From contig NC_086101.1 of assembly GCF_963921235.1 (NCBI RefSeq), positions 1,302,001 to 1,366,000 of the forward strand: a stretch of 64,000 bases of DNA. Direction: 5' to 3'. A model generated the notes under the pieces. That model did not search any database. It was not told the DNA's origin and saw only the letters and a list, made by a program, of their open reading frames with translations. The stretch comes from Mobula hypostoma (Eukaryota). Every line of letters begins with the position of its first letter. Position 1 is the stretch's first letter. The position numbers and the translations under genes were made by a program. Below are positions 15,072-27,789 of the stretch, piece by piece.

Positions 15072-15076
<5 letters not shown>
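1..15076. repeat. Purine-rich 19-20 bp minisatellite array with higher-order structure
   Basis: Units such as GGAGGAGAGACGGGGAGTC (19 bp) and GGTGGAGAGACGGGGAGGAC (20 bp) repeat continuously. Landmark blocks recur at ~5.6 kb offsets (6114 vs 11712; 4718 vs 10315). Units are more diverged after the N gap. Confidence 0.97.
12290..12489. other. Assembly gap (200 N) inside the minisatellite
   Basis: Exactly 200 N, so the true array length is unknown. Confidence 0.99.
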
Positions 15077-15120
<44 letters not shown>

Positions 15121-15143
15121 AGAGACAGAGAGAGAGTGGGAGG

Positions 15144-15175
<32 letters not shown>

Positions 15176-15230
15176 GAGAGAGGGAGGGAGAGAGAGAGGG
15201 AGAGAGAGAGAGAGAGAGAGAGAAAGAAAG
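15077..15230. repeat. (GA)n microsatellite, the (TC)n tail of the adjacent SINE
   Basis: Imperfect GAGAGA run between the minisatellite and the SINE 3' end. Confidence 0.95.
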
Positions 15231-15424
15231 ACTGTGTGGCTCGCCACTCTTCACACAGACATTTTCACAGTATTTTCCCTTTGTTTTACGAGGTCGAGTT
15301 GCGTTCTCGACAATCAACCCGGCACGGATGGAAAGCGTACTTGGAGGTGGACCTGACTGGTTTCGAACCTGGGAACCTCCGCTCCCGGGTCCGGCGCCGA
15401 TGTCGTTGCGCCACCAGCCGGCCC
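15231..15424 (-). mobile_element. tRNA-derived SINE
   Basis: Minus strand reads GGCCGGCTGGTGGCGCAACGAC (A-box-like) ... GGTTCGAAACC (B box, 15359-15369), then a non-tRNA body and a (TC)n tail. CpGs are retained. Confidence 0.8.
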
Positions 15425-18120
15425 TTTTGTAAGCTTTTCAATTCTTCTTAACTAGATTTTCTACATCCTTCATACACCATGGTTCCTTTACCCTACCATC
15501 TTTTCCCTGCCTCAATACCTATGCAGATCCTCGCTGAACTTTTGTCACATTTCTGCTGTGCATTACACACACAGAAATGTGGCAAAATTGGGAGAGCATC
15601 TGCTCCACATTTATGTTCCCAAGTTCCAGCCAAATAGCATCATATTTCCCCTGACCCCAGTTAAATTTGTTTTCCCAAATTGTCTGCTCCTGCTCCCCTC
15701 CAGCACCATGGTAAAGGAAGAGTTGTGATAACTACTTCTAAAATGCTCTCCCACTGTGAGATCTGACACCTGACGAGGTTCATTTCCCAATACCAGATCA
15801 AGTACAGCTTCTCCTCTAGTTGGCTTATCTACATATTGCATCAGACCTTCCTGAACACACTTAACAAACTGCACCCCAACTAAACCCCTTGCTCTAAGGA
15901 GATGCCAGTCAATATTAGGAAAGTTAAAATCACCCATCACAACAACTGTATTATTATTGCACCGTTCAAGAACCTGCCTCCCTATCTGCTCCTCAGCATC
16001 TCTGTTACTATTCAGGGAGTCTGTAAAAAAACACCCAATAGAGTTATTGCCTCCTTCCTGTTTCTTCCACTCACAATAACTCAGTAGACAACTCCTCCAT
16101 GACTTCCTCCTTTTCTGAAGCCGTGACACTATCTCTGATTAGCAGTGCCACTCCCCCAACTCTTTTGCCTCCCTCCCTGTCCTTTCTGAAACATAGAACA
16201 TAGAAATCTACAGCACATTACAGGCCCTTCAGGCCACAATGTTGTGCTGACATGTCACCTACTCTAGAAACTGTCTAGAATTTCCCCAGCACATAGCTCT
16301 CTATTTTTCTAAGCTCCATGTACCTTTCTAAGAGGCTCTTAAAAGGCCCTATTCTATCCACTTCCAGAACCACCGCCGGCAGTGCATTGCACACACTGAC
16401 CACCCTCTGTGTAAAAAACTCACCCCTGACATCCCCTCGGTACCGATTTCCAAGTACTTTAAAACTATGCCCCGTCCTGTTAGCCATTTTAGCCCAAGCA
16501 AAAAGTCTCTGGCTATCCACACGATCAAAACCCCTCATCATCCTGTACACCTCAATCAGGACACCTCTCATCCTCCGTCGCTGCGAGGAGAAAAGGCCAA
16601 GTTCACTCAACCATCTAAAGCCCGGCACACTCAGCAGCCATTCCTGCCCCTGAGACACCAAGCCTTTGAATTGGCATAGTTCATCAGTTTATCTGTAACA
16701 TCATAGTTCCATGTAATGATCCACGCTCTCAGTTCATCCCCCTTGCATTAAAATACACATCTCAAACCATCTGGCTGAGTGTTTCTTTGCCCTATCATCT
16801 GCCTATCCTTCCTCACAAACTCCCTACAAGCTGTCAGCATCTGTGCGCCAACCTCCCCATCCTCTGCCTCTTCACTTTGGTTCACACCCTTCCGCAAATC
16901 TAGTTTAAACCCTCCCCAATAGCATTAGCAAACCTCCCTCCCAAGATACTGGTTCCCCTCCAGTTTCAGTACAACCTGTCCCACTTGTACAGGTCACCCC
17001 TTCCCCAGAAAAGGTTCCAACGATCCAAGAATTTGAAACCCTGCCCTCCGCACCATCTCCTCAGCCACTCATCCAACTGCGCTACCTTCCTGTTCCGACC
17101 TTCACTAGCTTGTGGTACAGGGAGTAATCTGAAGATTACCACCTTGGTGGTCCTGCTCTTCACCCCCTTTCCTAAACTTACTATGTGGGACCTAAATCCC
17201 TCTCCTGCCTATGTCATTGGTGCCAATATGTACCATGACCGCTGGCTCCTCACCCTCCCCTTCAAGAATATTCTGCAACCTGGACCCTAGCACCTGGGAA
17301 CCAGCACACTATCCTGGCATCTCTTTTGCTACCACATAATCCCCCTAACTACCGAGACCCCTAAAACTATTGCTCTGCCTGACTTCACCCTACCCTTCTG
17401 AGGCTCAGAGCTGACCACAGAGCTGTTGGTCTGGCTGTTGCTGCCTTGTCCAGATAGGTCACCCCACCCCACCTCAGCTGTATCCTGTTGCTGAGGGGAA
17501 TGGCCACAGGGGGACCCTGCACAGACTTCCTTCTCCTTTTGCCTCTCTCGGTGTTCACCCATCTGCTCCCGAATTGTGCACTCTGGGTGTAACCACCTGC
17601 TCAAAAGTCCTATCTATCAAATGCTCTGCCTCCCGAATGTTCCAAAGTTTATTCAACTCCAACTCCTTAAAAAGGTCTTTCATGAGCTGGAGTTGGCTGC
17701 ATGTCCCGCAGGTGTAGTCATCAGGGAGACTATCAGGTTCCATGAATCCCCACATCCCACAGGAGGAGCTTTCCACTGCCATGTCTGCCATCCTGCCTGC
17801 ACTGTACAATGGGCAACCAAGACCAAATCCTCTAACCCGAATCTTTGGCCTCAGCATCTTGAGTCTCAGCCTGATTCTCCCACTCTCACTGCTGGCCGAC
17901 TCCCAACAACAGCCACCCCGCTTGCCCCTTCTGTTCTTTTAGTTAATACGCAATGCTCTGCTCTAGTTCCCGACTGGATCTCTGGAATGTCCGAATGCCT
18001 GCAAATCTCTCCTTATAAAGAAGCTTTGCTGACCTGCGAGTAACCTGTTGGAAGTGTTCTGCTCCCAATGCTGACTGGAGCTCTGGAATGTCCAAATGCC
18101 TCTGCAGCTCTTCGTTCAGA
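15425..18120 (-). mobile_element. CR1-type LINE, 5' portion (5'UTR, ORF1 zinc finger/esterase, ORF2 endonuclease), decayed
   Basis: Fragments MGDFNFPNIDW and LDLVLGNEP (APE endonuclease), FKFLDRWNLFWGRGDLYKWDRL (esterase), and DDYTCGTC..L (zinc finger/coiled coil). Confidence 0.9.
16191..16611 (-). mobile_element. 5'-truncated CR1 3' end nested in the CR1 above
   Basis: LSELGLFS..RRMRG.LIEVY..FFTQRVV C-terminus and a TTCTATG-type tail. The host endonuclease sequence resumes at ~16612. Confidence 0.88.
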
Positions 18121-18399
18121 CAAGCTTCAATTTGAAACGTAACAGGGAGAAAGTAAAGTCTGACGTAGCAGTATTTCAGTGGAGTGAAGGAAATTACAGT
18201 GCTATGAGAGAGGAGTTGGCCAAAGTAAATTGGAAGGAGATGCTGGCAGGGATGACAGCAGAGTAGTAATGACCCAAGTTTCTGGGAAAAATGAGGAAGG
18301 TGCAGGATAGATGTATTCCAGGATAAGATAGGACAAAGTCAGCATGGCTTCCTTATGGGAAAATCTTCCCTGATGAACCTGTTGGAATTCTTTGAGGAG

Positions 18400-21300
18400 A
18401 TTTCTTCAGCTGTTTGAACGGGGCACGACTGTGCAAGCACGTGGAGGTTGGCCAGTGAGAACAGCGGGAAGAGTTTAAAAAGAAGACAGATTTACAGAGC
18501 TGGTGTCGGAGAAGCGGGCGATGGAGTAATGGGAGATAGAGTAGGAAGGCTTCGGTTCGACGGGGCTTTGGTGATAAGGGATCGAGGCCAGGTAAGTTAT
18601 CTGTTTAAAATAAAGACAGAAAGTATGTGTGTGAGGCCAGTTTTCTATGCTCAGTGTCAGATGTGGGAGGTCCGGGAGACTCCCAGCCTCCTGGATGGTC
18701 ATATCTGCACCAGGTGTGTCGAGCTGCAGCTCCTTAGGGACCGCGTTAGGGAAATGGAGCTGCAGCTCGATGATCTTTGTCTGGTCAGGGAGAGTGAGGA
18801 GGTGATGGAGAGGAGCTACCCAGTCACCCAGGACCACAGGAGACAAAGAAGTGGGTAACAGTCAGGAGAGGGAAGGGCAAGAAGCAGGTGCTAGAGAGTA
18901 CTCCGGTGACTGTACCCCTTAACAATAGGTACTCCTGTTTGAGGACCGTTGGGGGGGACAGCCTACCTGTGGGCAGCAACAGTGGTCGCGCCTCTGGCAC
19001 AGAGTCTGGCCTGTGGCTCAGAAGGGTAGGGAAAGGAAGAGGATGGCAGCAGTGATAAGGGAATCTATAGTTACGGGGACAGATAGGCAATTCTATGGAT
19101 GCAGGAAAGAAATGCGGAAGGTAGTTTGCCTCCCAGGTGCCAGGGTCCAGGATGTTTCTGATCGCGTCCAAGATATCCTGAAGTGGGAAGGTGAACAGCC
19201 AGAGGTCGTGGTACATATTGGTACCAACGACATAGGCAGGAAAAGGGAGGAGGTCCTGAAAGCAGACTACAGGGAGTTGGGAAGGAAGTTGAGAAGTAGG
19301 ACCGCAAAGGTAGTAATCTTGGCTGTAATCTTGGAATTACAGCCTGTGCCGCATGACAATGAGTATAGGAATAGAATCCACCCCTTGACAGGTCTTGTTT
19401 CTCGTCCTGCAGGGTGTCTAGCCACTCTCCTCACCAGGCAAGCCGGGTGGGGGAGCCGGTTTAGTCACCGACCACCCGACCATGCGACAGGCAGTACTGT
19501 GCTCCATGGTACCAGAAGTACTCAGACGACTGACCTGTCAAAGGGTGGATGAACCCCCTCATAGAGTCAACGGCCATCTAGCAAACACGTGCCGTGAAGT
19601 GTGAAAAGGGCATCCCTTGCATCGAAGCTTGGTCTGGCCATTCACTGCAACAGAACTTACCCCAGCCGTCTTGGACCCCACCATGCCACTGGATCAGGAG
19701 GGGATGTCGAGAGGGTGGGTCTGGACCTGTGCAACCCCCTACTCACCTGAAATCCACTCACGCTGTTCCTTTCTGAGGAGTGGGGTACCACCCCACTAAC
19801 TGACTGAAAGGAACCATCATCATCCTATGGGATGGATAGATAGAGATAGGAATAGAATGAGGTAGAGGATAAATGCTTGGCTGAGGGATTGGATCGGGGG
19901 CAGGGATTCAGATTTCTGGATCATTGGGACCTCTTCAGGGGCAGGTGTGACCTGTACAAAAAGGATGGGTTGCACATGAATCCACGGGGGACCAATACCC
20001 TGGCGGGAAGCTTTGCTAAGGCTATTGGGGAGAGTTTAAACTAGAATTGCTGGGGGGTGGGAACCGAACTAAAGTGACGGAGGAAAGGGAGGTTGGCTCA
20101 CAAATAGAGAAAGCTTGGGAGACTGTGCGAAAGGGGGAATAGGCAGGTGATAGAGAAGGGACGTGCTCTATTGAATGGCTTGAGATGTGTCTATTTTAAT
20201 GCGAGGAGTATTATGAATAAAGCCAATGAGCTTAGAGCGTGGATCAGCACTTGGAGCTATGATGTTGTGGCCATTACAGAAACTTGGATGATGCAGGGGC
20301 AGGAATGGCTACTTCAAGTGCCGGGCTTTAGATGTTTCAGAAAGGATAGGGAGGGAGGCAAAAGAGGTGGGGGCATGGCACTGTTGATCAGAGATAGTGT
20401 CACGGCTGCAGAAAAGGAGGAAGTCATGGAGGGATTGTCTACGGAGTCTCTGTCAGTGGAAGTTAGGAATAGGAAGGGGTCAATAACTCTACTGGGTGTT
20501 TCTTATAGACCTCCTGATAGTAACAGGGACATCGAGGAGCAGATAGGGAGACAGATTCTGGAATGGAGTAATAATAACAGGGTTGTTGTGGTGGGAGATT
20601 TTAATTTCCCCAATATTGATTGGCATCTCCCTAGAGTGAGGGGTTTAGATGGGGTAGAGTTTGTTAGGTTGTTCAGGAAGATTTCTTGACACAATATGTA
20701 GATAAGGCTACCAGAGGAGAGGCTGTACTTGATCTGGTATTGGGAAATGAACCTGGTCAGGTGTCAGGTCTGTCAGTGGGAGAACATTTTGGAGATAGTG
20801 ATCACAATTCTATCTCCTTTACCATAGCATTGGAGAGGGATAAGAACAGACAAGTTCGGGAAACGTTCAGGAAATACGAGGATATCAGGCAGAAACGTGG
20901 AAGCATAAATTGGAAAAAGATGTTCTCAGGGAAATGTACAGAAATGTGGTAAATGTTCAGGGGATATTTGCGTGGGGTTCTGAGTAGGTACACTCCAATG
21001 AGACAGGGAAATGATGGTAGAGTACAAGATCCGTGGTGTACAAAGGCTGTTGTAAATCTAGTCAGGAAGAAAAGAAGAGCTTATGAAAGGTTCAAAAAAC
21101 CAGGTAATGATAGGAATCTATAAGAGTGTAAGGCTAGCAGGAAGGAGTTTAAGAATGAAATTAGGAGAGCCAGAAGGGGCCATGAGAAGGCCTTGGTAGA
21201 CAGGATTAAGGAACACCCCAAGGTATTCCACAAGTATGTGAAGAGCAAGAGGATAAGACATGAGAGAATAGGACCAATCACGTGTGACAGCGGAAAAGTG

Positions 21301-22690
21301 TGTGTATGGAACCGGAGGAAATAGCGAGGTACTTACTGAATACTTTGCTTCAGTATTCACTACGGAAAAGGACCATGGCAATTGTAGGGATGAATTGCAG
21401 CAGACTGAAAAGTTTGAGAATGCAGATATTAAGGAAGAGGATGTGCTGGAGCTTTTGGAAAGCATCAAGTTGGATAAGTCACCGGGACCAGACGGGATGT
21501 ACCCCAGGCTACTGTGGGAAGCAAGGGAGGAGGTTGCTGAGCCTCTGGCAACTATCTTTGCATCATCAATGAGGACGGGAGAGGTTTCAGAGGATTGGAG
21601 GGTTGCGGATATTGTTCCCTTATTCAAGAAAGGGAGTAGGGATAGCCCAGGAAATTATACATCAGAGAGTCTTAATTCAGTGGTTGGTAAGTTGATGGAG
21701 AAGATCCTGAGAGGCAGGATTTATGAACATTTGGAGAGGCATAATATGATTAGTAATAGACAGCATGGCTTTGTCAAAGGCAGGCCGTGCCTTACGAGCC
21801 TGATTGAATTTTTTGAGGATGTGACTAAACACATTGATGAAGGTAGAGCCGTAGATGTAGTGTATATGGATTTTAGCAAGGCATTTGATAAGGTACCCCA
21901 TGCAAGGCTTTTTGCGGAAGTAAGGAGGCATGGGATCCAAGGGGACATTGCTTGGTGGATCCAGAACTGGCTTGCCCACAGAAGGCAAAGAGTGGTTGTA
22001 GACGGGTCATATTCTGCATGGAGGCCGGTGACCAGTGGTGTGCCTAAGGGATCTGTTCTGGGACCCCTACTCTTTGTGATTTTTATAAATGACCTGGATG
22101 AGGAAGTGGAGGGATGGGTTACTAAATTTGCTGATGACACAAAGGTTCAAGGTGTTGTGGATAGTGTGGGGGGCTGTTAGAGGTTACAGGAAGGATGTGG
22201 AAACCATAGAAAGGGAGCAGAGGAGATCTACAAGGATGTTGCCTGGATTGGGGAGCATGCCTTATGAGAATAGGTTGAGTAAACTCGGCCTTTTCTCCTT
22301 GGAGCGATGGAGGATAAGAGGTGACCTGATAGAGGTGTACAAGATAATGAGAGGCATTGATGTGTGGATAGTCAAGAGGCTTTTCCCCAGGGCTGAAATG
22401 GCTAGCACGAGACGACACAGTTTTAAGGTGCTTGGAAGAAGGTACAGAGGAGACGTCAGGGGTAGGTTTTTATGCAGAGAGTGGTGAATGCGTGGAATGG
22501 GCTGCCGGCGGCGGTGATGGAGGCGGAAACAATGGGGTCTTTTCAGACACTTCTGGATGGTTACATGGAGCTTAGAAAAATAGAGGGCTATGGGTAAAGC
22601 CTTGGTAGTTCTAAGGTAGGGACATGTTAGGCACAGCTTTATGGGCCGAAGGGCTTGTATTGTGCTGTAGGTTTTCTCTGCTTTTCTAAA
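18400..22690 (+). mobile_element. Near full-length CR1 LINE, disabled (stops, frameshifts, internal deletion near 22190)
   Basis: ORF1 from ~18625 (HICTRC zinc finger; CLPGARV and VHIGTND esterase), ORF2 endonuclease (YFNARS, ITETW, GDFN), RT ([15 protein letters not shown]) and a 3' tail. Confidence 0.93.
19378..19845 (+). mobile_element. Unclassified 468-bp non-autonomous retroposon inserted in CR1 ORF1
   Basis: 13-bp target-site duplication ATAGGAATAGAAT at 19365-19377 and 19846-19858. Ends in a CATCC-TATG-GGATG hairpin plus GATA repeats. No recognisable ORF. Confidence 0.75.
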
Positions 22691-23171
22691 TTACCACTCA
22701 TGAGGCTGCTTACCAAGTTAAGAACACATGGTATTACAGGAAAGGTACTGGCATGGTTAGAGCATTGCCTGATTCGTAGTGAGTGCAGGGTAAAAGGATA
22801 TTTTTTTTGGTTGGCTGCTAGTGACCAGTGGTGTCTCGCAGGGGTCAATGTTGGGGACGCCTCTTTTAATGCTGTATATCAATGATTTGTATGATCGAAT
22901 TGATGGTTTCTCGCCAAGTTTGCAGATGATGTGAAGATTGGTGGAGGAGCAGGTAATGTTGAGGAAACAGGTAGTCTGCAGAAGGACTGAGACAGATTAG
23001 GAGAATGGACAAGAAAGTGGCAAAGAAATACAATGTTGGAAAATGCACGGTCACGCACTTTGGTAGTAGAAATAAACGTGCAGACTGTTTTCTAAATACA
23101 AAAATCTGAGATGGAAAGGGACTTGTGAGTCCTTGTGCACAACACCCAAAAAGCTAGCTTGCAGTTTGAGT
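22691..23171 (+). mobile_element. Decayed CR1 RT fragment
   Basis: PLMRLLTKLRTHGITGKVLAW and AKFADD remnants. Confidence 0.8.
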
Positions 23172-25990
23172 TCATAAGACCATAGACCACAAGACAAAGG
23201 AGCAGAAGTAGGCCATTTGGCCCATCGAGTCTGCTCCGCCATTTAATCATGAGCTGATCCATTTTATCCTATTTAGTCCCACTGCCCCGCCTTCTCACCA
23301 TAACCTTTGATGCCCAGGCTACTCAGATACCTATCAATCTCTGCCTTAAATACGCCCAATGACTTGGCCTCCACTGCTGCCCGTGGCAACAAATTCCATA
23401 GATTCACCACCGTCTGACTAAAAAAATTTCTTTGCATTTCTGTTCTGAAAGGGCACCCTTCAATCCTGAAGTCATGACCTCTCGTACAAGACTCCCCCAT
23501 CATGGGAAACAACTTTGCCACATCCACTCTGTCCATGCCTTTCAACATTCGAAATGTTTCTATGAGGTCTCCCCTCATTCTTCTAAACTCCAAGGAATAC
23601 AGTCCAAGAGCGGACAAATGTTCATCATATGTTAACCCTCTCATTCCCGGAATCATTCTCGTGAATCTTCTCTGTACCCTCTCCAACGTCAGCACATCCT
23701 TTCTTAAATAAGGAGACCAAAACTGCCAACAGTACTCCAAGTGAGGTCTCACCAGCGCCTTATAGAGCCTCAACATCACATCCCTGCTCCTATACTCTAT
23801 TCCTCTAGAAATGAATGCCAACATTGCATTCGCCTTCTTCACTACTGACTCAACCTGGAGGTTAACTTTAAGGGAATCCTGCAGGAGGACTCCCAAGTCC
23901 CGTTGCATCTCAGAACTTTGAATTCTTTCCCCATTTAAATAATAGTCTGCCCATTTATTTTTTCTGCCAAAGTGCATGACCATACACTTTCCAACATTGT
24001 ACTTCATTTGCCACTTCTTTGCCCATTCTTCCAATCTATCCAAGTCTCTCTGCAGACTCTCCGTTTCCTCAGCACTACCGGCCCCTCCACCTATCTTTGT
24101 ATCGTCAGCAAACTTAGCCACAAAGCCATCTATTCCATAATCCAGATCGTTGATGTACAATGTAAAAAGAAGCGGCCCCAACACTGATCCCTGTGGAACA
24201 CCACTGGTAACCGGCAGCCAACCAGACTAGGATCCCTTTATTCCCACTCTCTGTTTCCTGCCAATCAGCCAACGCTCTATCCACGTATGTAACTTTCCCG
24301 TAATTCCATGGGCTCTTATCTTGTTAAGTAGCCTCATGTGTGGCACCTTGTCAAACGCCTTCTGAAAATCCAAATATACAACATCCACTGCATCTCCCTT
24401 GTCTAGCCTACTGGTAATTTCCTCAAAACATTGTAATAGGTTTGTCAGGCAGGATTTTCCTTTAAGGAAACCATGCTGAGTTCTGCCTATCTTGTCATAT
24501 GCCTCCAGGTACTCTGTAACCTCATCCTTGACAATCGACTCCAACAACTTCCCAACCACCGACGTCAAGCTAACAGGTCTATAATTTCCTTTTTGCTTCC
24601 TTGCCCCCTTCTTAAATAGCGGAGTGACATTTGCAATCTTCCAGTCTTCCGGAACCATGCCAGAATCTATCGACTTTTGAAAGATCATCGCTAATGCCTC
24701 CGCAATCTCCACAGCTACTTCCTTCAGAACACGAGGGTGCATTCCATCTGGTCCAGGAGATTTATCGACCTTTAGCCTATTCAGCTTCCTGAGTACTTTC
24801 TCTGTCGTAATTGTGACTGCACACACTTCTCTTCCCTGCCACCCTTGAGTGTCCGGTATCCTGCTGTCTTCCTCAGTGAAGACTGATGCAAAATACTTGT
24901 TCAGTTCCTCTGCCATCTCCTCATCTCCCATTACAATTTCTCCAGTATCATTTTCTATCGGTCCTATATCTACTCTCACCTGTCTTTTACTCTGTATATA
25001 CTTGAAAAAGCTTTTAGTATCCTCTTTGATATTATTTGCTAGTTTCCTTTCATAGTTAATCTTTTCTCTCTTAATGACCTTCTTGGTTTCCTTTTGTAAG
25101 GTTTTAAAAACTTCCCAATCCTCTGTCTTCCCACTAATTTTTGCTTCCTTGTATGCCCTCTCCTTTGCTTTAAATTTGGCTTTGACTTCTCTTGTCAACC
25201 ACGGTTGCATCCTTTTTCCACTCGAAAATTTCTTCTTTTTTGGAATATATCTGTCTTGCACATTCCTCATTTCTCGCATAAACTCCAGCCACTGCTGCTC
25301 TGCTGTCTTTCCCGCCAGTGTCTCTTTCCAGTCAACTTTGGCCAGTTCCTCTCTCATGCCACTGTAATTTCCTTTACTCCACTGAAACACCGACACATCA
25401 GATTTCGGCTTCTCTTTTTCTAATTTCACGGTGAACTCAATCATGTTATGATCACTGCCTCCTAAGGGTTCCTTCACCTCATTCTCTCCAATCACCTCCG
25501 GTTCATTACACAATACCCAATCCAGTACAGCCGATCCCCTAGTGGGCTCAACAACAAGCTGTTCTAAAAAGCCATCTCGCAGACATTCTACAAATTCTCT
25601 CTCTTGAGATCCAGTGCCGACCTGATTTTTCCAATCTACTCGCATGTTAAAATCCCCCACAATTATCATAACACTGCCCTTCTGACAAGCCTTTTCTATT
25701 TTCAGTTGTAATTTGTAGTCCACATCCCTGCAGCTGTTTGGAGGCCTATAAATAACTGCCATCAGGGTCTTTTTACCCCTGCTATTCCTTAGCTCAACCC
25801 ATAAAGGTTCTGCACCTTCCGATCCTATAGCACCTCTTTCTAACGATTTAATATCATTTCTTACCAATAAAGCCACGCCTCCCCCTCTGCCTACCTTCCT
25901 ATCCTTCCGATACACCGTGTATCCTTGGACGTTCAGCTCCCAGAGACATGCATCCTTTAGCCAGGTCTCAGTGATGGCCACAATATCATC
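23172..25990 (-). mobile_element. Young CR1 LINE; ORF2 nearly intact with one premature stop, 5'-truncated
   Basis: ORFs 24227-25981 and 23273-24184 are in the same frame, separated by one TAG at 24227-24229. Endonuclease, RT (KFADD) and C-terminus are present; the 3' tail is at ~23172. Confidence 0.95.
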
Positions 25991-27062
25991 ACAAGATCAT
26001 AAGACATAGGAGCAGAGTTAGGCCATTCAGCTCATTGAGTCTGCTCTGCCATTCCATCATGGCTGATCCCAGATCCCAAACTCAACATCATACACCTGCT
26101 TTCTCGCCATATTCTTTGATGCCCTGAGCGATCAGGAAACTATCAACTTCCGCCTTAAATATACCCATGGACTTGGCCTCCACCACAATCTGTGGCAGAG
26201 CATTCCACAGATTCTCTACACTCTGGCTAAATATTCCTCCTTACCTCAGTAGGTTTTCATGAGGTCCCCCCCACTCCCGCATTCTTCTAAGTTCCAGTGA
26301 GAACAGGCCCAAATCTGCCAAACGCCGGTCATATGTTAACCCCCTTCATTTCCAAAATCATTCTGATGAACCTCCTCTGGACTCCCTCCAATGACAACAT
26401 ATTCTTTCTGAGATATGGGCCCAAAACTTTTGACAATACTCCAAGTGCGGCCTGACTAGTGTCTTATAAAGGCTCAGCGCTATCTCCTTGCTTATATACT
26501 CTATTCCCATTGAAATCAATGCCAACATTACATCTGCCTTCTTTACCACAGACACAACCTGTAAATTAACCTCCTGGGAGTCTTGCACAAGGATTCCTAA
26601 GTCCCTTTACACCTCTGATGCTTGAACGTTCTCCCCAATTAAATAGTTCCTGTTATCAAAATCCATTATCAAACATTTCCCAGCGCTGTATTCCATCTGC
26701 CACTTGTTGCTCATTCTTTCAATTTGTACAAGTCCTGCTGCAATCGTATTGCTTCCTCAGCACTACCTACCCCTCCACCTATCTTTATATCATCTGCAAA
26801 CCTTGCCACAAAGCCATCAATTCCATTATCTAAATCATTGACCAACAACGTGAAAAGTAGCGGTCCCTGAGGAACACCACTGGTTACTGGCAGCAAACCA
26901 GGAAAGGCCCCTTTTACTCTCATTTGTCGCCTCCTGTCAGCCATTCCTCTATCCATGCCAGTATCTTTCCTGTAACGCGATAGGGTTTTCTCTTGTTAAG
27001 CCGCCTCATGTGTGGCACCTTATCAAATGCCCTCCGAAGATCCAAGTAAATGACATTCACTG
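25991..27062 (-). mobile_element. Decayed CR1 3' half
   Basis: ARFADD and LYKTLVRPHLEYC remnants; 3'UTR and tail at ~25991. Confidence 0.88.
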
Positions 27063-27174
27063 CCCACACAGTGAAGACTTTTCATAGTGAAGGCTGATGA
27101 AAAGTAACGATTCAGTTTGTCCACCACTTCCTTGTCCCACATTACTACCTGTCCAGCATCATTTTGCAGTGGTC

Positions 27175-27700
27175 TGTCTCAAAGGGGGTGATGAACCAGC
27201 ATACACGTGGAAGACTGAAAACTTGGCTGAGCGCTGTAATAATAACAACAACCTCTGACTTAACGTCACCAAGATTAAGGAAATGATTGTAGACTTTAGG
27301 AGAGGGAAACCAGAGGTCCATTGGCCAGTAATCATCGGAGGATCAGAGGTGGACAGCATCGGTAACTTAAAATTCCTGGGTGGCACAATCGCAGAGGTTC
27401 TGTCCTGGATTCATCATATGAATAATACTGTGAAGAAAGCACAACAGGGCCTCTACTTCCTCAGGAGTCTGTGGAGGTTCGGCATGTCATCGAAAACCTT
27501 GGGAAACTTCTACAGACGTATGGTGGAAAGTGTGCTGAGTGGCTGCATTACAGCTTTGTATGGGAACAGCAATGCCCCTTTTTTATTTACAGTTATTGTT
27601 CTATGATTTGCTAAGTTTGCCTGCAGAAAAATAATCTCAGGGTTGTATGTGGTGACATGTATGTACTCTGATAATAAAGTTAACTTTATCTTTTGACTTT
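27175..27700 (+). mobile_element. Rex1/Babar-type LINE 3' fragment
   Basis: MIVDFRR...KFLG..I...LSW..H...VKKAQQ.LYFLR.L..FG...FYR..VESVL..CIT..YG, then AATAAA and a short-repeat tail. Confidence 0.85.
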
Positions 27701-27789
27701 GGTCTGATATCCACTCTCGCTTCTCTACATTTTATGTATCTGAAGTAACTTTTTTCTCCTATTTAATATTATTTTCTAGCTGACTTTCA

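Noticed and set aside
1..15076. CRISPR array, telomeric repeat or Ig switch region
   Set aside because: There are no unique spacers or cas genes, no TTAGGG, and no AGCT-rich pentamers.
15345..15424. Functional tRNA gene
   Set aside because: A and B boxes are present, but there is no convincing acceptor stem or T-run terminator; it continues into a SINE body and tail.
33..15451. Dozens of long Arg/Gly/Glu-rich and Ser/Pro/Leu-rich ORFs (up to 884 aa)
   Set aside because: They are open in all frames on both strands because the repeat rarely forms stop codons. Unit lengths of 19-20 bp do not preserve frame, and there is no domain signal.
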